Program-made: the position numbers and the translations under genes
Origin: a virus
DNA length: 64,000 nt
IMG/VR virus record: IMGVR_UViG_3300028025_006304
Location: 54,603-118,602 of that record
Strand: one strand, 5' to 3'
Part shown: positions 38,400 to 48,009 of the stretch, one piece after another
How positions within the stretch are numbered: position 1 is the first letter of the stretch
Layout of the letters: the number at the start of each line of letters is the position of its first letter
The notes under the pieces: generated by a model
What the model was told of the DNA's origin: nothing
Database searches by the model: none
What the model saw: the letters and a program-made list of their open reading frames with translations, nothing else

Positions 38400-39130
38400 T
38401 TCTTTAGATAGATAAGATTGTCCTTCTCCAAGTTAAGTAGGATATAAATGTACGAAAGATCTTTTGGGTAACCAAGTCTTTTTTAATAGATGTTTTCTAT
38501 ACTTGCCCCCCCCACAGTCCTTCCCAAGGTCAAGATACGAAAGTTTTTTGGGGGTGCCAAGTTTCCCCCGTTTCCCCTCATTTTTCCATTATTTTCCATT
38601 ATTTTCCAGTGCGATCACCTCTCTCTATCGATAGATCTTGTTTATCCCGCACGGATGATAGAGATTCTCTATCAAAGTCAATTCCCCCACGGGGGATCCC
38701 CCCGTAACCCCCCTCCCTCGATCGATTTTCTCTATCGGCTTGTATATATTTTGTCGACAAGTAAAGGTAGGATTTGGTGGGGGAAGGGGTTATATAGATG
38801 TGCTCTCTCGACCTCATTCACACTCACCCGTTTTTCACATACTATTATCGACCCTAGCTATCACCCACCATAACTTAGTTGGGGTTTGTCACACTAGTGA
38901 TAGAGAACACCGATCAAACACAACAAGCACACAATTCCGCGCAGATACATAACGCATATACGCGTACGTACCGCGTACGCCGGTATATATATACCGTATA
39001 TATGCGCGCTTTTGCGCGTATTACGCGCTAGTATGTGTTAGTGCGCGTGGTTCCGTTAAATGTCCTCGATATACGTTAAAAACGTAGACATCACGCGTTT
39101 GATCTCGTTATATTCTTTCGTATCGGCATA
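38400..39130. other. Non-coding palindrome-rich island (candidate terminus or origin)
   Basis: Perfect palindrome CGGTATATATATACCG at 38981-38996; CGCG/TACG runs; G/C tracts; no credible ORF. Confidence 0.5.
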
Positions 39131-39285
39131 ATCGTGAGCGTCATTGAGGAATTTTCTCACCGCCCACACGATATCTCCCTTGTTGAGTTCTTCCATCGCG
39201 TATTATTCGTACCTGGATTATTATTCGTATTATTTCTCCCCCACCACATTATTACCTCCAGCCGAAGATTAGGAACAGGATTTTT

Positions 39286-39513
39286 TTATAGATTAGGTAG
39301 TGCAGGGGTACGTTGTTTTGGCTCATGTTTTATAAGTGTTCCGTTAATGAAGCGTTCTACCATGCCAGCGCAAATTCCGGGTTTGATTTCTTGTACGGCG
39401 AATGTGATGTCTCCGTCTTTATGAACTACGCGGTAGGTGAGTTTATCGATACGTATTGTTTCACTATACGATTTTTGTGGTATTTGGGTGAGTTTAGGAC
39501 CGCGTCGTTTCAT
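39286..39513 (-). CDS. Hypothetical protein
   Basis: Co-oriented ORF in an early-type unit. Confidence 0.45.
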   Translation of the reverse strand: MKRRGPKLTQIPQKSYSETIRIDKLTYRVVHKDGDITFAVQEIKPGICAGMVERFINGTLIKHEPKQRTPALPNL

Positions 39514-39779
39514 TGTTTAGTAACTTTACTTCGGTATTCATCTGAGATGTTAATTAGTCCAGCAACGATGTCTTCCTTGGTCATTGTGTTGTTGCCTTCT
39601 TTGAGGAAATTAGTGAGTCCCTCATACCGACCTAATGACTTTGCCATTTGTAAAGTGATACCTGAGAAATTGTTTTCCATAACCGTTTATTTTTTATTAC
39701 ACCTAAATATACGAAAAAAGGCTTGGAAAACCAAGCCTAATTTAAAAATATTTTAAGAAATTTTCATTTCTCGTTGATG

Positions 39780-40007
39780 TTAAAGGTTCTCGTTATTGTA
39801 TTCGTTGTCAAAAGCATCAGAAATCTGTTGAAGTGTCAGGTTTCCATACTTGTAGGCGAAGTCAACCATTCGATCTTTTTCCTCTTGTTCAAATGTCGCA
39901 ACCTCTTTGGCTGCCATCATTAAGGCCTCGCACTGTGCTGTGTGTCGTGACCACTCACCAGCCAATTCGTCTAGCCGGTCTGCAATTTTAAATGTTAGTG
40001 TTTTCAT
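39780..40007 (-). CDS. Hypothetical protein
   Basis: Promoter cassette upstream at about 40025-40060. Confidence 0.55.
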   Translation of the reverse strand: MKTLTFKIADRLDELAGEWSRHTAQCEALMMAAKEVATFEQEEKDRMVDFAYKYGNLTLQQISDAFDNEYNNENL

Positions 40008-40067
40008 TTCTGTTTTTATTTATTTGATTAAATATACGAACTATATTTCAGATATCCAAACCTATAG

Positions 40068-40766
40068 TTAGCTAGTTGTAATGGTTGAGTTTAATTTAAA
40101 CTTACCTTTATTATACACTATATATGAGTTATTCTCTATCCAATCACCACAGTTAATATAATGGATTTCTCTATCTAATCCGAGTACAGGTGTGTGAATG
40201 TGTCCACAAATCACCCCTTTACATTTACGTTTTTCGGCTTGGTATTCTAATTGTTTCTCAAACGATGTAATAAATTTAACTGCGCTCTTTACCTTGTCTT
40301 TAAGGTATTTACTTAGTGAGCGTTTATATCCTAATCGTTTTAGGGTTCTGTCAATTATTATTGCTAATTCATACCCCACTGAACCTAATATCCCCAACCA
40401 TTTTAATTGGACTACTCCATCGTATTTGTCTCCGTGTGTGATGTAATAACCATTCCAAATTGTTTCATCAAGGATTTGGATGTTGCCAAAATCAAATGGA
40501 GTATAATTTCTTAGATATTCATCGTGATTTCCGGTTATGTAAAATACTTCTGTTCCGTTTTTGGAATATGATAGTATTTTACGAATCACATTAGTGTGTG
40601 ATTGAGGCCAATAGTGACGTTTTTTTAGAAGCCACCCATCAATAAAATCTCCTACAATAAATAATTTTTGAGGTTCATATTTTTTTAAGACTTCAAGTAG
40701 TTCTTGGGCATTGCTCCCTTTACTACCTAAATGAACATCTGATATGAATAAGGCTTCAATCTTCAT
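40068..40766 (-). CDS. Metallophosphoesterase, UDP-2,3-diacylglucosamine hydrolase (LpxH-like)
   Basis: SDVHLG, GDFIDGW, GNHDE, HGD, CGHIH, NCGDW. Confidence 0.8.
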   Translation of the reverse strand: MKIEALFISDVHLGSKGSNAQELLEVLKKYEPQKLFIVGDFIDGWLLKKRHYWPQSHTNVIRKILSYSKNGTEVFYITGNHDEYLRNYTPFDFGNIQILDETIWNGYYITHGDKYDGVVQLKWLGILGSVGYELAIIIDRTLKRLGYKRSLSKYLKDKVKSAVKFITSFEKQLEYQAEKRKCKGVICGHIHTPVLGLDREIHYINCGDWIENNSYIVYNKGKFKLNSTITTS

Positions 40767-40769
40767 AAA

Positions 40770-41711
40770 TCAATTAGATAATGGTGCTTTAATTGCTGGG
40801 TGTGATTGATAGTTCTCCAAAATAACATCTACAGGTGAACTACAGAAGATTCCATCCCTAACATGTACCGTAGGTAGCTTCATCGGCTCTCTAGTAATTT
40901 GTTCTTTGGCTTGTTCAATATGATTTTTATACAGGTGAACATCTCCTAGATTGCCAATCAATTCATCAGGAACCATATTAACCTCATCTGCAATCATTTC
41001 AAGTAGTAAACCGTATGAAGCAATATTGAAGGGTAAGCCGAGGAATGTATCTACTGAACGTTGATTCCACATTAATGAGATTGCTCTGTATTTTCCAGGA
41101 TTAACAATCTTTTCTTCACGTGTAGTTAGTCTTGTATAAACTTGAAATCCATAATGGCAAGGAGGTAGAGCCATCTGTTCTAGATCATCAACATTCCAAG
41201 CTGAAACCATTAATCGTCTTGAGTCTGGGTTTGTTTTGAGTTGATAAATTAAATTTTTAATTTGATCAATATGATCACTTGTTAAATCAGATGAGGGCCA
41301 TTTTCTCCATTGTGCTCCATAAATTGGACCTAATTCACCCCAAACATGTGCAAATTCTTCATCAGTTTTGATCCGTTCAATAAACTCATCTATAGTATCA
41401 GGCCAATTACCTTTATATTCATTTGTTTTACTGATGTAATTTTTAAAGGCGTCTCCAGTCCATATGTTACATCCATTATCAACCAAATATTTGATATTAG
41501 TATCACCACGTAAAAACCACAGTAACTCAGTTACCATAGTCTTGAATGCCATTTTCTTGGTAGTAAGCAAAGGATAGCCTTCAGACATTTTATGTCTGAT
41601 TTGTCTACCGAATACTGAGATAGTTCCAGTACCTGTTCTGTCTTCTTTTTTTACCCCTTTATCTAGAATATCTTGTAAGAGTGCCTGGTATGCTTTATCT
41701 AAGTTGTTCAT
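40770..41711 (-). CDS. thyA: Thymidylate synthase
   Basis: DRTGTGT, PLLTTKK, ELLWFLRG, LGPIYGAQWR, ALPPCH, QRSVD...PFNIASY, HLYKNH. Confidence 0.97.
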   Translation of the reverse strand: MNNLDKAYQALLQDILDKGVKKEDRTGTGTISVFGRQIRHKMSEGYPLLTTKKMAFKTMVTELLWFLRGDTNIKYLVDNGCNIWTGDAFKNYISKTNEYKGNWPDTIDEFIERIKTDEEFAHVWGELGPIYGAQWRKWPSSDLTSDHIDQIKNLIYQLKTNPDSRRLMVSAWNVDDLEQMALPPCHYGFQVYTRLTTREEKIVNPGKYRAISLMWNQRSVDTFLGLPFNIASYGLLLEMIADEVNMVPDELIGNLGDVHLYKNHIEQAKEQITREPMKLPTVHVRDGIFCSSPVDVILENYQSHPAIKAPLSN

Positions 41712-41852
41712 AATGATATCTATAATATTCTTCGGACATTAAATGTCCTTTAATAGGACTAGATAAGGCCTCATTGAATGTAGTAAAGTAATGAGGGATT
41801 AGGTTAGGTATCTCTACCACAACCCAATCCTTACATTCCGTTAAACATTTTC

Positions 41853-42098
41853 TCATGAGTTTAATCTAATAATCCTTACCAGATCCTCCAAATCACCTGC
41901 TCCTTTGATTTTCAGAGTCATTGAATCAAAAATAGAACACCACCAACCCTCATTATCAGCCTCATCACTTGCATTAGTAATCAAACCAACATCTCCAATA
42001 TCTAGAGTGTAATAATAAAATGTGTAATCCAATCCTGATTCCTCTGGGTGGACAACGTTCATCTCGAATCCTAAACTAATAAATGTTTGTTCCGTCAT
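41853..42098 (-). CDS. Hypothetical protein
   Basis: Co-oriented small ORF. Confidence 0.55.
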   Translation of the reverse strand: MTEQTFISLGFEMNVVHPEESGLDYTFYYYTLDIGDVGLITNASDEADNEGWWCSIFDSMTLKIKGAGDLEDLVRIIRLNS

Positions 42099-42241
42099 AT
42101 TATTCTTTTATATGCCCCCAAGATAATGAAAGACCCCAACGTCCCCAAATTACCTCTACAGCATAATAACCATAGAGCATTTTATTATAAGTGCATTTGA
42201 CTGCTGGGGTTATGAAAAACTCATAACACTGTTCGTAACGC

Positions 42242-42529
42242 TCAATTTTCATTCCAATCACTATAAGTCAACCCATACTGCAGATTAAACCACATCATTT
42301 CACGTTCAGCAGATTTAGCAGTTTCATGTAATTCTTTCATAAGGTATTTTTTACCCCATTTCTTGAACTCTTCACTTTGCTCAATAGTCATTGTGTACTT
42401 TTGAAACCAATTATCTACACCTAAAACATCATCATAGGTGACATTGTGACCAGCAATGATAAACATTTGGTTGATTAAATCAACTACTGCTTTTTCTCGC
42501 TTCTGTTCTTTAGTTAATCGTTTAGCCAT
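42242..42529 (-). CDS. Hypothetical protein
   Basis: Promoter cassette at about 42545-42580. Confidence 0.6.
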   Translation of the reverse strand: MAKRLTKEQKREKAVVDLINQMFIIAGHNVTYDDVLGVDNWFQKYTMTIEQSEEFKKWGKKYLMKELHETAKSAEREMMWFNLQYGLTYSDWNEN

Positions 42530-42593
42530 TGTTACTTCTTTATTTATCTAAAAATACGAAAAACATTTTGGGTAACCAAGCTATTTTTTAAAA

Positions 42594-42664
42594 GCGTCAT
42601 ATGCAAAATCGCAGGCGTCATATGTAAAATATGACTTTACTATGACTAAACTCATATTTATGAG
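42594..42664. promoter_or_regulatory. Operator-like repeat array between divergent genes
   Basis: GCGTCATATG(C/T)AAAAT twice with a 21-bp period; GTCATAT/ATATGAC and CTCATA/TATGAG inverted repeats. Confidence 0.55.
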
Positions 42665-42697
42665 TATAAATTTAGTAACCTTAAAACCTATATCAAA

Positions 42698-42916
42698 ATG
42701 AAAAACTTACTTACAATTTTAGGGATTGCGTTAGTTATGTCTTCTTGTTCAACTTCCAACTTTGCTACCCACAACATCCGTACTACACCCTCTATTACAC
42801 GTCAAGCTTTAATTTATGACGACCATGTAGTTTTAGTAACTAAAACTAGGATGTCTGTAGATGAATATAATAGAATAGTTGCAGCATCAATGCAAAATGA
42901 AGAAGGGCACAATTAA
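42698..42916 (+). CDS. Lipoprotein; only credible plus-strand gene
   Basis: MKNLLTILGIALVMSSC lipobox; occupies its own intergenic space. Confidence 0.7.
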   Translation: MKNLLTILGIALVMSSCSTSNFATHNIRTTPSITRQALIYDDHVVLVTKTRMSVDEYNRIVAASMQNEEGHN

Positions 42917-42926
42917 GTGCTCTTCT

Positions 42927-43439
42927 TTATTCTTCATCTTCCTTATATTTTTTGTAGAATCCACTCTCAATCCAATCTGATAGGTTCTGGAGATGTTCAG
43001 GTGCCACAATTGAGATTCGTAGATCGTTATGACTCCATTTTGTTTTCCAATCATAGAACATAATACCTTTAGTCAAGTATCTGTGTAAATTAGATAGTCT
43101 GCGATTACGAACTCGAACAATAGAACGATCGTTACCAAACACATCTAGAAAACGTAGAAACCAACGTGGGCAATATTTTGGTTTGGCCTCATAATCCATT
43201 GCTAACACTAAAGGTAGTATTGCTTGGTAGTAGATACTATCATCCTTATAGAAGGTAATTCCCAAGTAACCATACTTCTCTAGTTTGGTAGGAAAGAAAA
43301 TGTAACGTAGATCATCCAACTTTATACTACGAGTGTGAATCATACCCTTAGCACGACCTTTCCAAAACAGGAAAGAATATTTTAAATTCTGTAACCTTTC
43401 CTTTAAGGTAGGTGGTGTATAAAACTTACTTTTTTTCAT
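42927..43439 (-). CDS. Hypothetical protein
   Basis: 170-aa basic ORF, coupled to the upstream gene. Confidence 0.65.
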   Translation of the reverse strand: MKKSKFYTPPTLKERLQNLKYSFLFWKGRAKGMIHTRSIKLDDLRYIFFPTKLEKYGYLGITFYKDDSIYYQAILPLVLAMDYEAKPKYCPRWFLRFLDVFGNDRSIVRVRNRRLSNLHRYLTKGIMFYDWKTKWSHNDLRISIVAPEHLQNLSDWIESGFYKKYKEDEE

Positions 43440-44164
43440 GATACAAACATTTGAACAGGTAAAAATTCTCCATTTTCATAACTCATATAACCCTCATCAT
43501 CCAAAGCATCAATCAAGTAATAACGTCCACCCATTGACTTTTGAGAAGCTACATATGAATCAAGAATACCTTGAACTTGAGTATGTCCTACAACTTGAAT
43601 GATTTGTTTTCTAAGTGTATCTCTATTTACAGCCATCAAAGCAGCTGGGCGAATCCAAAGTGGACCTTGTGTTTTACTATTACCATAAGGATCAAAACCA
43701 TCAAAATAAAACTCTAAAGGTTTATACTTGAACAATTCATTAACTTGCTCAACCATTGTTTCAACACTCCACTGATCCTTTCCAAGTCGGTTATCCAACC
43801 ACACAGAGCTTAAACCAGCGTGAGAACAAACCACATCATCAAACTGATAAGCGATCTGCATATTGTCGCCATTGTTTCTCAACGCCTCGTTAAATTGATG
43901 GTGAAAAACCGGTTGATAACCGCTATAACTCTCAACACTCTGCATATAATGGTAATCGTGATTACCTATAAGCATTATCACTTCAATCCCGGCAGTCTTT
44001 TGATACTCAACAATATCTTCGAAGTTTCTTAATTGGGTGACACCTGGAATATCAAACGAATCGAAATAGTCTCCAATAAAGACTACTCGATCCGGTTTCT
44101 CATCTGCAACTATTCGTTTCCAGATAGATCTACCGTGAATGTCTCCAATTAGTATTGTTTTCAC
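43436..44164 (-). CDS. Calcineurin-like metallophosphoesterase
   Basis: IGDIHG, GDYFD, GNHD, SHAG, GPLWIR, VVGHT. Confidence 0.88.
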   Translation of the reverse strand: MKTILIGDIHGRSIWKRIVADEKPDRVVFIGDYFDSFDIPGVTQLRNFEDIVEYQKTAGIEVIMLIGNHDYHYMQSVESYSGYQPVFHHQFNEALRNNGDNMQIAYQFDDVVCSHAGLSSVWLDNRLGKDQWSVETMVEQVNELFKYKPLEFYFDGFDPYGNSKTQGPLWIRPAALMAVNRDTLRKQIIQVVGHTQVQGILDSYVASQKSMGGRYYLIDALDDEGYMSYENGEFLPVQMFVS

Positions 44165-44631
44165 TTCTCTTTGGTGTTAAAGGTTTCGTTAAATTCACTT
44201 TCGGTAAGCATTCTGTATTCAATATCTCTTGAAGCACATTCGTATTCACCAGTATATTCCTTCTCAACTATATAACCACTTTCAAAAAGCTCATTGATGT
44301 AACCGTCATTCCATTCCTCTTTTACGTATTGGCAGTACGAAGTATAATCGTTAAATAGTTCCATTACTTTATTTGGTTCGGGAACTTCAATTTCTCCGTA
44401 CAATTCTTTAACATAATCTTCTGACCATATTTCAGCACCTTCTATTTTATGGTCGTATAAATCAAGATAGTTTGTCTTATCCCATTCGTGCCATTGCATA
44501 ATAGCCATAGTACAAGACTCTTTAATTAACTCTCTTTCCATTGCTTTGGCTTGTTCACGCCATTCTTTTGGCAATCCAATACCTGCATCAAGTTGTTTTT
44601 CAATCAACCATTCTACTGCTGTCTGTTTCAT
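44161..44631 (-). CDS. Hypothetical protein (MKQTAVEWL-type N-terminus)
   Basis: Overlapping ATGA junctions with neighbours. Confidence 0.6.
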   Translation of the reverse strand: MKQTAVEWLIEKQLDAGIGLPKEWREQAKAMERELIKESCTMAIMQWHEWDKTNYLDLYDHKIEGAEIWSEDYVKELYGEIEVPEPNKVMELFNDYTSYCQYVKEEWNDGYINELFESGYIVEKEYTGEYECASRDIEYRMLTESEFNETFNTKEK

Positions 44632-44837
44632 AACATTTCAATTTCTTGTTTTACTTGATTCCAATATAAAAAGTGTGCATCTGTTTGAATAAAATGATTT
44701 TCTTCATTCAATACCTCATCAACTGCAACCAATGCACATTGCTTACATTCATTCCAACTTAATGTTTGACCTTCTTTATTAATTCCAAAGGTGTAATATT
44801 TTCTTACTAATTCCTCTGCTTTTTCTTTTGCTTTCAT
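44628..44837 (-). CDS. Hypothetical protein
   Basis: MKAKEKAEELV; coupled junctions. Confidence 0.6.
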   Translation of the reverse strand: MKAKEKAEELVRKYYTFGINKEGQTLSWNECKQCALVAVDEVLNEENHFIQTDAHFLYWNQVKQEIEML

Positions 44838-45328
44838 TCCTCGCTGGCTTTATATGATACACTTTCATCCCAACCTTTAGCTCGTCTCGGTGATACTTCT
44901 TTAACTGCCTTTTTATATAAATCATCACTCACTGGAGTTTTAGAAATCATATCATCTTCGTCTTTAAACGGATACATACCAACTTCTTGCATTAGCATAG
45001 TTATGACTCTTTCGTTTGGGGTTTCCCACTTCCAATCACCATAAAACATACTTTTTGCAAATAGCTTTACTATTGTTTCTAATTTTTCTTCTCGGGTTAT
45101 TTTGTTGGTGTTAAATGTTTCGTTGTAGTATTGTTTCGCTTGTTGCTTGGAATAGACCTCATACGGTTCGAGGCCCAAGCCATCTATATAAGCATTAACA
45201 ATAACTTCTTTCTCTTTCTCAAGCATTTGTGTTGCTTTTTCCATAAAGTAATCATACAACTCATCGGCATCTAATCCTTGAGCCATATTCCCTACTGAAT
45301 CTATCAACTCTTTAATCGGTGTTTTCAT
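44834..45328 (-). CDS. Hypothetical protein
   Basis: Shares the YYNETFNT/FNETFNT motif with 44161-44631. Confidence 0.6.
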   Translation of the reverse strand: MKTPIKELIDSVGNMAQGLDADELYDYFMEKATQMLEKEKEVIVNAYIDGLGLEPYEVYSKQQAKQYYNETFNTNKITREEKLETIVKLFAKSMFYGDWKWETPNERVITMLMQEVGMYPFKDEDDMISKTPVSDDLYKKAVKEVSPRRAKGWDESVSYKASEE

Positions 45329-45575
45329 TTTCTTTGACGTTTTAGTTCTGCTACAATTTCAACCAGCAACCAGATAATGATAATTCCAATAAATACCATC
45401 GCTTACCCTTGTTTAGCCATTAGATAATCAGCTCGGTGTTTGTACTCCATAGCCAACACTACCATACCTTGATTGAGATAATACTCATACAAGCGCAGCA
45501 TTTCATAAACTTCCTTCATAACTTTTATTTTTAATTATACCTGAATATACGAATCCTATCTCACCCAACCAAACC

Positions 45576-45995
45576 TCACTTTAAGAAAAACACCCAACTA
45601 ATACCTTGTTGGGGAGCATATAAAGCCACCTTCCACAATTCTGCATCTGTTTTCCCAGCTATCATTACCATCGGTTCCTGAAGTTTCTGGTTCATTACCT
45701 TCATAATCAACATACGACCAAACTCTCGTTCCTCATACATGAAACTTTCAACTGTATATACTACAGATCCACTCTTAACGAACCCAGTTCTTGTTATCAT
45801 ATCTAAGGTAAACTCCCAACTTGCCTCGTGATCCATAACAGTTTGAGCAACCTCAAATTCATACTCCTCGGTTACCATATTGTACCTCATAGTTTGACTG
45901 TAGGTATAATTTGTAAAATTTGTACTTTGTATAATGGTTTGACCAAACAAAGTAGCACTCAATACAAGAGCTAAAGCGAAAAGTAATTTTTTCAT
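45576..45995 (-). CDS. Secreted protein with signal peptide
   Basis: Start trimmed to MKKLLFALALVLSATLFGQ. Confidence 0.65.
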   Translation of the reverse strand: MKKLLFALALVLSATLFGQTIIQSTNFTNYTYSQTMRYNMVTEEYEFEVAQTVMDHEASWEFTLDMITRTGFVKSGSVVYTVESFMYEEREFGRMLIMKVMNQKLQEPMVMIAGKTDAELWKVALYAPQQGISWVFFLK

Positions 45996-45999
45996 GGGA

Positions 46000-46251
46000 T
46001 TAACCTTTAAGTAATTCTTTTGAATTACTGCTGTTAAGTAGTTGTTTTTGACTCTCAAGTGTTTTTTCAATGTTGTGTTGGTTTTTATGTACCTTGGTAG
46101 TAAGGCGGGTTATCTCCTTATCTAAAAACATGGTGTTGTCTTGTAGTACCTTAATTTTCTCCTTTAGTAACTCAATTGTTACAAAAAGATAAAACCCAAC
46201 AACCAAAAAAAAGATGTTTATTAGGGATAAAAACAGAATTGTATAATTCAT
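46000..46251 (-). CDS. Membrane-anchored coiled-coil protein
   Basis: Start trimmed to MNYTILFLSLINIFFLVVG. Confidence 0.55.
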   Translation of the reverse strand: MNYTILFLSLINIFFLVVGFYLFVTIELLKEKIKVLQDNTMFLDKEITRLTTKVHKNQHNIEKTLESQKQLLNSSNSKELLKG

Positions 46252-46459
46252 TGTATATACGGATTTAAATAGGGTGGGAAGGTTAAGAAGCCTTGAAAGC
46301 CTTTCGTTGTAACTTTGCTTGTTTATATGCTTTTTCAAATCGATCGGTCTGTTCCATTTTTGGATGGTCGATTTGTAGATGTTGGGCGCACATCATTGTT
46401 TCTTTGTAAAGGCCTTTTTTATAGGCTTTCATTAAGATTTTTTCAATTTGACTCATTTT

Positions 46460-46645
46460 TCAAAAAAATAAAGCTTTAATAGTATAATAAATAAAATTAA
46501 TTAAAACTATAGGCCAAAATATAACTAATAAAAATTGTTCCCAATTGGTAAATATTAATTCCTCTTTATTTGTTTTGCGGGAACCCCAAACCATAAAGAA
46601 TTGAATTACAATCCCTACCAACAAGTAATTAATAACTAAATCCAT
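46460..46645 (-). CDS. Small two-TM membrane protein
   Basis: Two hydrophobic segments; VIFWPI. Confidence 0.55.
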   Translation of the reverse strand: MDLVINYLLVGIVIQFFMVWGSRKTNKEELIFTNWEQFLLVIFWPIVLINFIYYTIKALFF

Positions 46646-46929
46646 ATTGTAAATGTAATGAGGAGCTTTCGCTCCTCCAATCTTTATTTTTACGATTATA
46701 ATCTTTTTTACTATACTTTACTTTAGTAATCATCTTCCTCCGAATCAGATTCGCTAAATAACCCTCCTCGGTATTTCGTCTTTTGTTGGGTATCTTCTTC
46801 ATCATTAAAATCTTCAAAATCTGCATCCATAACTATAATTTAGAAGCCCAATTGTTAAAATGATCACATTTATCTTTTGTAGACATATTTTGACGTTCAT
46901 ACCACCCTTTAGGATAAGTAACTTTAAAT

Positions 46930-47232
46930 TTAGGAATAAAGTCCAAATCGTTTATTTTTTCTTGGGTCTTTATTTTGGAGGAAAACCAAGCCATGTTTTT
47001 TAGGTTTTTTATTAATACGATTGGTCCCATAATAATAAATTGGACCCATATATTCTTCATAATAAACTTCATTTGGATTATCAATATTTAGGATTCTACG
47101 TTTACCATTCCAGCTTCTAAATTCACGAATTGTAACTCTAGCCCATTTATCTTCAGCATAATTAACCTCACAACAACGGGAACAATTAAAGTTGTAAATT
47201 AACTTAATTAGATCACCTTTTTTTTCAGTCAT
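46930..47232 (-). CDS. Hypothetical protein
   Basis: Co-oriented ORF; REFRSWNG. Confidence 0.55.
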   Translation of the reverse strand: MTEKKGDLIKLIYNFNCSRCCEVNYAEDKWARVTIREFRSWNGKRRILNIDNPNEVYYEEYMGPIYYYGTNRINKKPKKHGLVFLQNKDPRKNKRFGLYS

Positions 47233-47234
47233 AA

Positions 47235-47504
47235 TTAAAATGGTAAAGTATCTTCATCATATTGAGTTACATCCCAGGTATCATTAATGGTTGTACCCGA
47301 ATAATAAAATGGATCTACAATAATACCGTCTAGATTCTGGATCATGGTTTTGATATCGTATTCAGTTTCGGTTACATTAAGCAAATGACCATTACCTAAC
47401 ATGATTGTAGTATATTTGTCTTGGAAATCAATATCAACAATTGATTTAAGGGCAACAAAATGTTTACGTTTGTTGCCGAAGGCTGTCAATTCAAGAAATT
47501 TCAT
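47235..47504 (-). CDS. Hypothetical protein
   Basis: Small phage-protein pattern VALKSIVDI...VTET. Confidence 0.55.
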   Translation of the reverse strand: MKFLELTAFGNKRKHFVALKSIVDIDFQDKYTTIMLGNGHLLNVTETEYDIKTMIQNLDGIIVDPFYYSGTTINDTWDVTQYDEDTLPF

Positions 47505-47508
47505 ATTA

Positions 47509-47739
47509 TTAAAGTAAAAGGTTATTGTTTTCTAATCCGTACCAGTAGCGTTCCAACCAAACGCTCAATTTAACATTTTCTACTTTACCATGGACTTCTA
47601 TACCATCGAGGATACGGTAGTTAGCAACACACATAATCCCAAAATCAAAGAGATCACGAGCGAGATCAGGATTGTTGTTTCCGAGGGCTTCTTTAGCTTT
47701 AGCATACGTTTGAGTTAAAATTCCTTTTTCCTTTTTCAT
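47509..47739 (-). CDS. Hypothetical protein
   Basis: Promoter cassette upstream. Confidence 0.6.
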   Translation of the reverse strand: MKKEKGILTQTYAKAKEALGNNNPDLARDLFDFGIMCVANYRILDGIEVHGKVENVKLSVWLERYWYGLENNNLLL

Positions 47740-47781
47740 AACTGTTTCTTTATTTACCTAAATATACGACCTGTCTTTTGA

Positions 47782-48009
47782 TTAACCAAGTATTTTATAC
47801 TTTCCTTTCCACTTATCTACAAAACCTTTTCCTAATCCAATTTCTAAGATAATAGCATCCTCAGGTAAACCTGGAAGTTTGGAATCGGTTTTAAGGAAAT
47901 AGTCAATGTGGTACCCTTTAAATGCCTTAAGTTTGTACTTAGCGTTTGAACGTTCAGAGGTTTTCCAAACAACCACTAATGGGTCAATCATATCCTTACT
48001 TTTGGCCAT
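47782..48009 (-). CDS. Hypothetical protein
   Basis: Co-oriented, overlaps the SWIM gene end. Confidence 0.55.
   Translation of the reverse strand: MAKSKDMIDPLVVVWKTSERSNAKYKLKAFKGYHIDYFLKTDSKLPGLPEDAIILEIGLGKGFVDKWKGKYKILG

Larger units (their letters stand above)
32150..38400 (-). promoter_or_regulatory. Array of about 18 repeated early promoter plus start cassettes
   Basis: Sense consensus TTGG/GGAATAG-N~15-TTCGTATATT(T/C)A-GGTATAATAAAAAATAAAGGTTATG before nearly every ORF; resembles Bacteroidota -33 TTG / -7 TAnnTTTG. Confidence 0.8.

Noticed and set aside
32478-38400. CRISPR array suggested by regularly recurring repeats
   Set aside because: Repeats are degenerate promoter/start units separated by 150-800 bp genes, not 30-40 bp spacers
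38490-38952. ORFs in the palindromic island
   Set aside because: Low-complexity, atypical composition, mutually overlapping, no cassette start
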